Origin: Bdellovibrionia bacterium
Lineage (GTDB): Bacteria > Bdellovibrionota > UBA1018
Direction of reading: 5' to 3'
DNA: 56,350 nt
Assembly (NCBI GenBank): GCA_045805065.1
Contig: JBJMMA010000106.1
Coordinates: forward strand, 1-56,350
Position 1 is the stretch's first letter. The number at the start of each line of letters is the position of its first letter. Below are positions 1-7,470 of this stretch, in pieces. The notes beneath the pieces are model-generated. The model saw nothing but the letters and a program-made list of their open reading frames with translations, was not told where the DNA came from and made no database searches. Both the position numbers and the translations under genes were made by a program.

Positions 1-65
1 TTTACGATTTCACGGGGCCTGGTGTTCCGAGAGCAGAAAAGCTCATACCGCTTTGGGAATCCAAT

Positions 66-1235
66 GTGACCGCGGAGTATATTCTTCGAGTTGGAGAGTG
101 TCGGCTCACCGGCCATACCATGCCCCAGTGGATGGATGAAGATGTTGAAGAGGTGATGCAAGCTCGACAGATGAATAGTCCTCTTGCTCTGTCTGAATCC
201 AACAAGGAGCTTTCCGCAGAGCCGTTCTGTCGGAGACCGTTCAATCAGATCTCCGTGACGTGCGAAGGTGATGTGTTCATGTGCTGCTGGCAGAACAAGC
301 CACACATGTCGCCAGGAAACGTTGCACGTGCGACGCCAGAGGAAGTCTGGAATTCTAAAACCTATCAGATCGCACGATCCGACATTCTCGCAGGGCGAAT
401 GCCTGCTGTCTGCGAAGAGGCTAATGGCTGTCCTTATCATTACACAAAAAACCAGCCCAGCTACTTTCAGTTTGATCCAAAAAAGGGCCCAGGATTCATT
501 GATATCAATCTTCCTAACTTCGCGTGCAATATCGGAGGGCCCCGCCCGTCCGAGAAAAATCCAGCCTGCATCATGTGTGAGAGAAACACTCCTGGATATC
601 GCTTCCAAGACGCTAAGGATTTCGATCTTGTACTAAAGCGTCTCTCAACTCTGATGCCTCAACTCCATGCGCTTCATGTTCAAGGTGTGGCCGAACCGTT
701 CTGGAAGGATGCCATCTTTGATGTGCTCGATAAACTCGACTTTGATCCTTACAAAGAGCAGATCACTGTCACTACCGTGACCAATGGGACTGTGTTTACG
801 CCCGAGCGGCAAAAGAGATTTCTCGAGCGATGTGGCCCAACGGTCGTGAATATTTCAGTTGATGCCGCAACAAGCGATACATACAGAAAGATTCGAAGAC
901 TCAATATCTGGGATACGCTTGTAAAGAATATTCTTCATTACGGCGAGCTACGCAAAACTTACCCTAAGGCTCTCTTTCGCATTCAGAACAATATTAATTT
1001 GCTCAACGTGCACGAAGTGAAGGGCATGGTTCAGATGGCCGCGCAAGCTGGGGTCGATTCACTCGAGCTGAACCCTACGGGCGGAAATCCCGTAGAGTAT
1101 CTTGTTAATGCATCCAACGCACATATCTTCAAAAGAGCCGAGGAAGAGGCAAGGCGTGAAGCTGAGCGTCTTGGCTTAATGCTTGAAATCTTACGGCCTT
1201 TGGATCTCGGGCTCGCAGAGGTCAATCAGGATTAA
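66..1235 (+). CDS. radical SAM domain protein with an N-terminal SPASM/twitch-like Cys module (5' end may lie upstream of the window)
   Basis: The frame is open from nt 3 to the stop at 1235. First in-frame starts are GTG 66 and ATG 120. Core motifs: CNIGGPRPSEKNPACIMC (C-x13-C-x2-C, nt 525-578), GGE-like VQGVAEPFW, and VNISVDAATSDTYRKIRR. An upstream module FCRRPFNQISVTCEGDVFMCC...GNVARATPEEVWNS...CEEANGCPY (nt 228-440) fits C-x12-G-x4-C ... C-x5-C. Confidence 0.6.
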   Translation: MTAEYILRVGECRLTGHTMPQWMDEDVEEVMQARQMNSPLALSESNKELSAEPFCRRPFNQISVTCEGDVFMCCWQNKPHMSPGNVARATPEEVWNSKTYQIARSDILAGRMPAVCEEANGCPYHYTKNQPSYFQFDPKKGPGFIDINLPNFACNIGGPRPSEKNPACIMCERNTPGYRFQDAKDFDLVLKRLSTLMPQLHALHVQGVAEPFWKDAIFDVLDKLDFDPYKEQITVTTVTNGTVFTPERQKRFLERCGPTVVNISVDAATSDTYRKIRRLNIWDTLVKNILHYGELRKTYPKALFRIQNNINLLNVHEVKGMVQMAAQAGVDSLELNPTGGNPVEYLVNASNAHIFKRAEEEARREAERLGLMLEILRPLDLGLAEVNQD

Positions 1236-1257
1236 TCGATCTGAAGTGGTACGCCTT

Positions 1258-1286
1258 GACACCCGATTTAAAACGCCCTATATTTA
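1258..1286 (+). promoter_or_regulatory. sigma70-type promoter of the ArsR-family operon
   Basis: TTGACA (1258-1263), a 17-nt spacer, then TATATT (1281-1286), about 50 nt upstream of ATG 1338. Confidence 0.5.
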
Positions 1287-1317
1287 ACCTATAGGTTAAT
1301 TAACTATAAGGTTAATT
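1286..1317. promoter_or_regulatory. two tandem 16-bp inverted-repeat operator-like sites
   Basis: TTAACCTATAGGTTAA (1286-1301) is a perfect palindrome. It is directly followed by TTAACTATAAGGTTAA (1302-1317, arms TTAAC/GTTAA). The pair abuts the -10 element of the ArsR-family gene. Confidence 0.5.
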
Positions 1318-1337
1318 AAAACGGTGAACCAAGGTTT

Positions 1338-1703
1338 ATGCAAGATCATCTGAGCCAGACTTTTGCTGCATTAGCTGATCCGACACGAAGGGCAATGCTC
1401 GCGCAGCTCTCGAAGGGTGAGGCAAGTGTCTCCGATCTCGCAAAGCCGTTCCTGAAAGACATGAGTCTTCCTGCGGTCACAAAACATCTCAAAGTTCTTG
1501 AGAGAGCAGGCCTCATTACCAAAACCCGAGAAGCTCAGTATCGCCCCTGCAAAATCAACGCGGCACCTTTGAGGGACGCAACTGACTGGATGGAGCAATA
1601 TCGTGTGTTTTGGGAAGAGAGCTTTGATCGTCTGGATGCCTATTTGAAAACCGTCACTGCTGAAAAGAAAACAAGGAGTAAGAAAGATGGCCGCAAAAAA
1701 TAA
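1338..1703 (+). CDS. ArsR/SmtB-family winged-HTH transcriptional regulator
   Basis: LADPTRRAMLAQLSKGEASVSDLAKPF..SLPAVTKHLKVLERAGLI matches the ArsR HTH_20 pattern. It is followed by an SRPBCC partner gene, a common pairing. Confidence 0.85.
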   Translation: MQDHLSQTFAALADPTRRAMLAQLSKGEASVSDLAKPFLKDMSLPAVTKHLKVLERAGLITKTREAQYRPCKINAAPLRDATDWMEQYRVFWEESFDRLDAYLKTVTAEKKTRSKKDGRKK

Positions 1704-2649
1704 GACCAATGAGCTTAAACTCACTCGCGTGTACGACGCCCCTGTCAAGGCGGTGTGGGAAGCCTGGACTGACCCCAAGCAAGTGGCGCAATGGTGGGGT
1801 CCGCGCGGTTTTACTCTGACAACTCATAGCAAGGACCTGCGGGCAGGCGGGATCTGGCATTACACTATGCATGGTCCTGATGGCGTCGATTATCCAAACA
1901 AGACGCTCTATCTGGAAGTGGAGAAACACTCTCGGCTTGTTTATGACCACGGTGGATACGACGAGCGCAAGCCCCTATTCCGCGTGACGGTTCTTTTCTC
2001 TGAGTCCAAGGGCAAAACCAAGATGGAAATGACCATGGCATTGCCTACGCCAGAGGCCGCAGAGGAGACTCGCAAGTTCATCAAGAAAGCGGGCGGGGAT
2101 TCGACGTGGGATCGCCTGGCCGAATACCTGGAGAAGGAATCATCCGGAAAAGAGCGATTTGTCATCAACCGGACTTTTGATGCTCCGATTGATGTCATGT
2201 ACGAGATGTGGACCAATCCCAAACACTTAGCCCAATGGATGCCGCCTACGGGGTTTGATATGACTTATATCAGGGCGGATGTTCGTCCTGGCGGAAGCAG
2301 TGTCTATTTCATGAGCAATGGCGCGGCTAAGATGTACGGACGCGTGAACTATCTCGACTTTCAGCGCCCTCATCAAATTCGATACACGCAACAGTTTTGC
2401 GATGAGAAAGAAAATATCACTCGTCATCCGTTTGCTCCCACCTGGCCTGAAACGATGCTCACGACCGTCACCTTGACCGAAGAGGGGCCAGAGCAGACTC
2501 GAGTGACAATCACCTGGGAACCTCACGGTGCAGTTACGCGCGAGGAGCTTGAGACATTCATCAACGCAAAGAGCGGTATGACTCAGGGCTGGACTGGGTC
2601 CTTGGATAAGCTTGAAGCTTACTTGCCTGAATCCGTTACAGCGCTTTAA
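1687..2649 (+). CDS. tandem SRPBCC (AHSA1/activator of Hsp90 ATPase-like) domain protein
   Basis: Two repeats of the SRPBCC N-terminal signature: LKLTRVYDAPVKAVWEAWTDPKQVAQWWGPRGF and FVINRTFDAPIDVMYEMWTNPKHLAQWMPPTGF. SD AAGGAG at 1673-1678. 17-nt overlap with the ArsR gene. Confidence 0.8.
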   Translation: MAAKNKTNELKLTRVYDAPVKAVWEAWTDPKQVAQWWGPRGFTLTTHSKDLRAGGIWHYTMHGPDGVDYPNKTLYLEVEKHSRLVYDHGGYDERKPLFRVTVLFSESKGKTKMEMTMALPTPEAAEETRKFIKKAGGDSTWDRLAEYLEKESSGKERFVINRTFDAPIDVMYEMWTNPKHLAQWMPPTGFDMTYIRADVRPGGSSVYFMSNGAAKMYGRVNYLDFQRPHQIRYTQQFCDEKENITRHPFAPTWPETMLTTVTLTEEGPEQTRVTITWEPHGAVTREELETFINAKSGMTQGWTGSLDKLEAYLPESVTAL

Positions 2650-2662
2650 GGCAGCGCACTTG

Positions 2663-3733
2663 TTACTTCACTGAGGAGCCACCCGTCATCTTGACTTGCG
2701 GTGGCTTTCTCAGTGTTTTGCAATTCTCTGGAAGAGGCGTCGAGATGCCAGTCCTGATCATCCACACCGGAGTGGAGTCGGTTGAAATGGACAGATGTTT
2801 GCGAAGAGTGTTCTGGCCTTCACGATGAAACTTCTGCCACTTATTAGAGAGTGGCATGATTCCATCAATTGAGCACATGTTGACCATTGAGGCCAGCGTG
2901 AGAGGCTGGACTCCGTGCCCTTGATGAGTCAAAGAGAGCCAGGCATTCATCATCAATCGGCCCGCGGCTACAATGCTCTCATCTGTCTTGTTTGTGACAG
3001 AAACGCAAACGACTCCAGCTGCGGACGTGAGCTGCTTTGTTACGCGTACACGGTGCTGGGGTGCAATCGTATGTCGTGCGAACAGGAAGAAAGGGCGAAA
3101 GTCCCGGATGAGCGGCATCATCGGAACTTCCCAGAACTTTGCTCCCAAGTTTCTCCAGCTGAGGCCATCTTGCGTGCTTTGAGCATGCTTTGCTGAGAGC
3201 CGGGCCCACTTCATTGTGGCTGGCAGAATATGAGGATGGTCGGTCAGGAGTTGCTCGGACTCGACAACATATTGAACGAATTCTGCCTCAGGATGCGCAA
3301 GCAAATGAAGTTTGGCTGGGCCATGCTCAAGCTTCTGAAAGAGATCCTCCCGAAGATCGCCCCCTTGGAAGGGCCTCCGATCGGTGGTGCGCTTGAGAAG
3401 CGAGTCGGACAAGGGATTGCGTCCTGCTTCGCTTGGCTGAAACTGTACTTCAGCCCAAGGCGCGATGCCTTCGGATTTGAGTTCTAAAAGTGTAGGTAGG
3501 GTTTTAAAGCCAAATTCTGAGGCGGAAATATCCATCGCTTCGAGAAGGCAGCCCAGTGCGATCTTCGATGCCGTGCCACCTGGATTGACAGGATGCTCTG
3601 CTCGATCAGCATCATGAAAAATGACCAGTCTCTCTCCATTCCACTCGTAAGTCCAAGGCTGACAATTGTCGCCGCTGGGAGACCAGTTGGCTTTTTCAAG
3701 GATTTGTCTGAGTAAGCTTTCCGACGGTCTCAT
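2663..3733 (-). CDS. two-lobed nitroreductase-family (FMN) oxidoreductase
   Basis: LLRQILEKANWSPSGDNCQPW matches the nitroreductase APSxxNxQPW-type motif. A second lobe begins near LLKRTTDRRPFQGG. The start is chosen at ATG 3733 (MRPSES...). The longer ORF to 3811 starts with TTG and overlaps the upstream gene. Confidence 0.55.
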   Translation of the reverse strand: MRPSESLLRQILEKANWSPSGDNCQPWTYEWNGERLVIFHDADRAEHPVNPGGTASKIALGCLLEAMDISASEFGFKTLPTLLELKSEGIAPWAEVQFQPSEAGRNPLSDSLLKRTTDRRPFQGGDLREDLFQKLEHGPAKLHLLAHPEAEFVQYVVESEQLLTDHPHILPATMKWARLSAKHAQSTQDGLSWRNLGAKFWEVPMMPLIRDFRPFFLFARHTIAPQHRVRVTKQLTSAAGVVCVSVTNKTDESIVAAGRLMMNAWLSLTHQGHGVQPLTLASMVNMCSIDGIMPLSNKWQKFHREGQNTLRKHLSISTDSTPVWMIRTGISTPLPENCKTLRKPPQVKMTGGSSVK

Positions 3734-3752
3734 AAAGGAAAGTATGCCTGGA

Positions 3753-4994
3753 TTATGCAACAAGCGATAGATCATGAATTGATCTCTGGTACTCGTGCTC
3801 CAGGGTCTCAATCATTTGAACCCACTCGCGAGTTGGCTCATGAATTTTCAGGCCAATCAAGCCGTCATGCGGACGCCAGCGAACTTCAACGGTCAATTCG
3901 GTAGCCGATGAGTCATTGAGCCAGACTGACAAGTTCGTCTTTTGACCGATCGTGAGTTGATCGTTTGACATTCTCAATAGAAGACCTTCGCGCGAGACAT
4001 TAAGAACTTCGCCAGGAGCTCGTTGTTTACCGACTTCAGCGCGCATCTGGGTTTCAAGTCGCACGCTTTTTCGCGAAAGATCATTTTGAATTGGAAGGAG
4101 TGCTTTCTGGAACTCCGGGAACGGATAGACATCCAGCAGAGTCTGAACCTCCCGATAAGTCAATTTTCGTGCAAGCTGGGCGCGTTTGAGAAAGAACTCA
4201 GTCAACAGCTTTGGCGTAAGGATTGGATCCGAAGCCGAGTGATACTTACGTACCGGCATTCTGTTTCGTGAGTCATTGGGAATCTCCGTCCAGTATTTAT
4301 GGAAATTTTGAGAGTCCTTGCGTTGACCAAAAACTTTCTTCCAACGTTCGACGCAAGTCTCGAAATTGAGATAGAGTCCGACTGCGGGAGCGCCTTTGAC
4401 AAAATCGTACGGCTTTGGCTTGGATTTGAGTCTCTCAAAACAGATAAATCCCAGGTAGAGATCCACCATTGATGGATTGACCGCAATGACGAATTCATGG
4501 ATCCCAAAGCATTCCTTTGCGTATTGATACACGAATCGGAACAGTGGAAAGAGCGCGGTACTGATCTGACCGCGGTAGGCAGGATCAACGGCGAGCGATG
4601 ACACTTCTGCAAGCCTACGGCCGTTCGTGCGGCGCTCGTTGACATCAAAAATCTTCTCTAACGGCAGCCCGAATGGGTTGTCGCGGATCAATGATAGGGT
4701 GCCGATTACGGTCCCGTCCCATTTTGCGACGATGGTTGTGGTTTGAGGTAAGAGATGCTGAGCGAGCACACGCATTCCTGTAGGGTCAGGATTCATGAAG
4801 CCAGCATTCACATAACTGTTATGAAGAAGACGATATGCGCTCTCAAGCTCGCGCTCGTCAGTAGCGATCTTGATCTCAAGCGATTCTGAGGGCCAGTTCG
4901 GATTGATGCGGACGTTCCTTCTCATGATAGAGAAGCGAACGGCTCCGGGCAGATAACCAAGAAGTTTTCGACTAAGCTTGCGACGTTCTTTCAT
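3753..4994 (-). CDS. FeeM-like N-acyl amino acid synthase (GNAT fold) fused to a C-terminal PilZ domain
   Basis: The N-terminal 200 aa (YRLLHNSYVNAGFM...TVIGTLSLIRD...AEVSSLAVDPAYRG...VNPSMVDLYLGFICFERL) resemble FeeM/autoinducer-synthase-like acyltransferases. The C-terminus carries RKSVR (RxxxR, aa 308-312) and NVSREG (D/NxSxxG, aa 332-337) with 19-aa spacing, the PilZ c-di-GMP-binding signature (nt about 3795-4082). Confidence 0.6.
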   Translation of the reverse strand: MKERRKLSRKLLGYLPGAVRFSIMRRNVRINPNWPSESLEIKIATDERELESAYRLLHNSYVNAGFMNPDPTGMRVLAQHLLPQTTTIVAKWDGTVIGTLSLIRDNPFGLPLEKIFDVNERRTNGRRLAEVSSLAVDPAYRGQISTALFPLFRFVYQYAKECFGIHEFVIAVNPSMVDLYLGFICFERLKSKPKPYDFVKGAPAVGLYLNFETCVERWKKVFGQRKDSQNFHKYWTEIPNDSRNRMPVRKYHSASDPILTPKLLTEFFLKRAQLARKLTYREVQTLLDVYPFPEFQKALLPIQNDLSRKSVRLETQMRAEVGKQRAPGEVLNVSREGLLLRMSNDQLTIGQKTNLSVWLNDSSATELTVEVRWRPHDGLIGLKIHEPTREWVQMIETLEHEYQRSIHDLSLVA

Positions 4995-5184
4995 GATTGG
5001 ACCCCGTCTCAGATGTCTTTCCGTCAGATATATGGCAGTTGAATCAAAACCGCTTCATGAATACGAATCGGAATTGCCGGAGTCGAACTCAATCATTTGA
5101 TAAAACTGAGAACCGCGTTTCTTCTTTGTGCGCCACTTAATATCTAAGCGAGGTTTAAATTGCGTTGGATAAAATAAGGTCACA

Positions 5185-6057
5185 ATGGAAACCAAATTCG
5201 ATCGAAACCTGGCGTTTTCAAGGACTTTGGGAATCATCACTCAGACAGAGCTCGATGCCTTGAAAGGTAAAACTGTTGCTATTGCTGGATTGGGCGGAGT
5301 AGGTGGAAGCCATCTGCTGACTCTGGTTCGGCTGGGAATTGGCGGCTTTCATATCTCCGACATGGACACGTTTTCGGTAGAAAACTTCAATCGCCAGATC
5401 GGCGCAACGATGGACACGTTGAATCGGCCTAAGATCGACGTGCTGGAGGAAATGGCTCGCGCCATTAATCCTGAGGTCAGGATCAAGAAGTTCCCCGATG
5501 GAGTCAGTGAAAAGAACATCAAGGAATTCTTCACAGGCGTGGATGCCTATGTCGACGGCCTGGACTTCTTTGCGTTCAACGCGCGCGAAATGGTTTTCAG
5601 ATACTGCTACGAGACCGGGATTCCTGCTGTTACAGCGGGTCCGATCGGGCTGGGGGCGGCGTTGATGAATTTCATGCCAGGCAAGATGAGCTTTGATGAG
5701 TACTTCCAGTGGAAAAAGACGGATACGGATCTTGAACGTGCGATCAAGTTCATTATCGGTTTGACGCCAAGGGCTCCGCATCGCTCCTACGTCGTTGAAC
5801 CACATCGGGTCAACTTCAAGCAGAAGAAGGGGCCATCCACGCCTATGGGCATCCAGTTATGCGCCGGAGTTCTCGGAACGGAGATCTTCAAGATTCTCCT
5901 CAATCGCGGAAAAATTCACGCAGCTCCCCATGCGTTCGTATTCGATGCCTATCATAATCGCCTGTTCAAGCATTATACGCCGTTCGGGAATCGCAACCCG
6001 CTTCAAAAGCTGAAGTTTCTGATCGGAAAGCAGATTTCTAAAAATCTTGCGAGCTGA
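5185..6057 (+). CDS. ThiF/MoeB/HesA-family (E1-like) adenylyltransferase
   Basis: GKTVAIAGLGGVGGSHLLTLVRLGIGGFHISDMDTFSVENFNRQ contains the Rossmann GxGGxG and NRQ motif of the ThiF family. No CxxC zinc motifs or rhodanese domain were seen. Confidence 0.8.
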   Translation: METKFDRNLAFSRTLGIITQTELDALKGKTVAIAGLGGVGGSHLLTLVRLGIGGFHISDMDTFSVENFNRQIGATMDTLNRPKIDVLEEMARAINPEVRIKKFPDGVSEKNIKEFFTGVDAYVDGLDFFAFNAREMVFRYCYETGIPAVTAGPIGLGAALMNFMPGKMSFDEYFQWKKTDTDLERAIKFIIGLTPRAPHRSYVVEPHRVNFKQKKGPSTPMGIQLCAGVLGTEIFKILLNRGKIHAAPHAFVFDAYHNRLFKHYTPFGNRNPLQKLKFLIGKQISKNLAS

Positions 6058-7105
6058 AGGCTTTCAGAAGGATGACGCGCACGTCATCTCGAGGCTCACT
6101 GTCAGGGATCGAATCGACCAGTGCTCGGATTTCGGCATCGGCGCGAAGAATGACCTGGTTGATTTCGTTGCTGACTCTTTGAGACACCGCAACTACACGG
6201 CAGCCGCCGGCGCCGCGAACAGGTCCGCGATGCGCGAAAGGTACTTTCGCATAGTGCTGGGTGGCGCGATCGTACCAATACTTAAAGAACTGCATCATGA
6301 GCTCGATATCCATTCCGCTCATGTCCATTTTCTCATAGGTCGGTAAAAACTTGCCGTTTTCGTTCTGTTTCACCGTTCTGGCCTGCTGAAGGCTGGCCAG
6401 GATCTGGGTGACCTCTTCGCTTGAGCATCCCACTCGCTGCGCGATGTAAGCAGGATCATGCTTTTCCAGTTCCAGATAACCTTGCGTGATCAACCAGCCC
6501 TCAATTGCAGCCGCCAACGGATTGGAAGCTTCGGTGATCAGTTGGTTTTTCTCTTTTTCAAACCGGGATCGAAGCGATTCGCCGGTATTCGGTGGAAGTA
6601 TAGCCCGAATGAAAGTTCCTAATCGATTGGAGTCAAGATTCATGAACGCCAGGACGAACTCGAGGTCTGGAAAAATCTCCCCATCAACATAGCGACGGAT
6701 CGCTGATGGATGACGATGAAGCTGCTTGGAAAGCTCATCCACCGAGATCAGTGGATATTTATTGGAGTAAAGATGACTCAAGAACAGTTTTGGGTCGGAT
6801 TCACTGTATTGAAATACGTTAAGGAGAACATTTTGAATTGAGATTTCGAGGGATTCGCAAAGCATGCAGAACTCATCCCATCTGAGCTGCTTCTCGCCAG
6901 TCTCCCACCGCTTGAACTGGTTATACTTGTAACCCAAGGCTTTGCTGAGCTCCATCGAGGAGCGCGTGCCTTTAAGTGCGAGGAGCAATTCGATCACAAT
7001 CTCATGATAATCACGCTCAACTAACGGGCTTCGTTGATGCGATGAGGCGGAGAATTTGTTCCGATGCGCAGATCGGATCTCAGTATTTTCAGAAGACATG
7101 GTCAT
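6038..7105 (-). CDS. XRE-like HTH / DUF4423 (TIGR02147-like) putative regulator
   Basis: HTH-like segments ELSKALGYKYNQFKRWETGEKQLRWDEF and LSKQLHRHPSAIRRYVDGE. The overall layout resembles the TIGR02147 family that is expanded in Bdellovibrio and Fibrobacter. The start is chosen at ATG 7105. 20-nt convergent overlap with the ThiF-like gene. Confidence 0.45.
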   Translation of the reverse strand: MTMSSENTEIRSAHRNKFSASSHQRSPLVERDYHEIVIELLLALKGTRSSMELSKALGYKYNQFKRWETGEKQLRWDEFCMLCESLEISIQNVLLNVFQYSESDPKLFLSHLYSNKYPLISVDELSKQLHRHPSAIRRYVDGEIFPDLEFVLAFMNLDSNRLGTFIRAILPPNTGESLRSRFEKEKNQLITEASNPLAAAIEGWLITQGYLELEKHDPAYIAQRVGCSSEEVTQILASLQQARTVKQNENGKFLPTYEKMDMSGMDIELMMQFFKYWYDRATQHYAKVPFAHRGPVRGAGGCRVVAVSQRVSNEINQVILRADAEIRALVDSIPDSEPRDDVRVILLKAFSSQDF

Positions 7106-7278
7106 GTTCTGGCCTTTGATGAAGGGTCCACTTCGACGCACTGCCCGTGTGAATGTAACTTGGATACCCGTATCGATCAAGGATCATGCCGCGGATATTG
7201 TGGACAGAGATAACGACCGTGTCGCCTTTGTCGGCTTGTGTCAAATTATCAGATGCCCGGGCGGCAACAAGCTTCATT

Positions 7279-7350
7279 GAAACAAGCTGTGAAACAAGCT
7301 GTGAAACAAGCTGTGAAACAAGCTGTGAAACAAGCTGTGAAACAAGCTGT
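7279..7350. repeat. six perfect tandem copies of a 12-bp unit GAAACAAGCTGT
   Basis: Read directly: units at 7279, 7291, 7303, 7315, 7327 and 7339. The array is intergenic between divergent genes (6038-7105 minus strand, 7471-9297 plus strand). Confidence 0.95.
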
Positions 7351-7470
7351 TGAATAAAATAATCGCTGTTTGCTTTCCCTGGTGTGCCTGAACGAGAAGT
7401 ATATCTAAGGCCATGGAAACTGTGAGTAGTCAGGCTAAGTATGCATTTTGCTCAGTCCTAATGAATCAAA

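Noticed and set aside
2-244. 80-aa minus-strand ORF at the left edge.
   Set aside because: It overlaps the radical SAM reading frame, which has clear motifs. It has no recognisable features of its own.
7279-7350. Considered whether the 12-bp tandem array is a CRISPR or a coding repeat.
   Set aside because: There are no spacers between units and the unit is far too short for CRISPR. The adjacent 62-aa minus ORF (7089-7277) lacks an SD, and the array is outside any convincing ORF.
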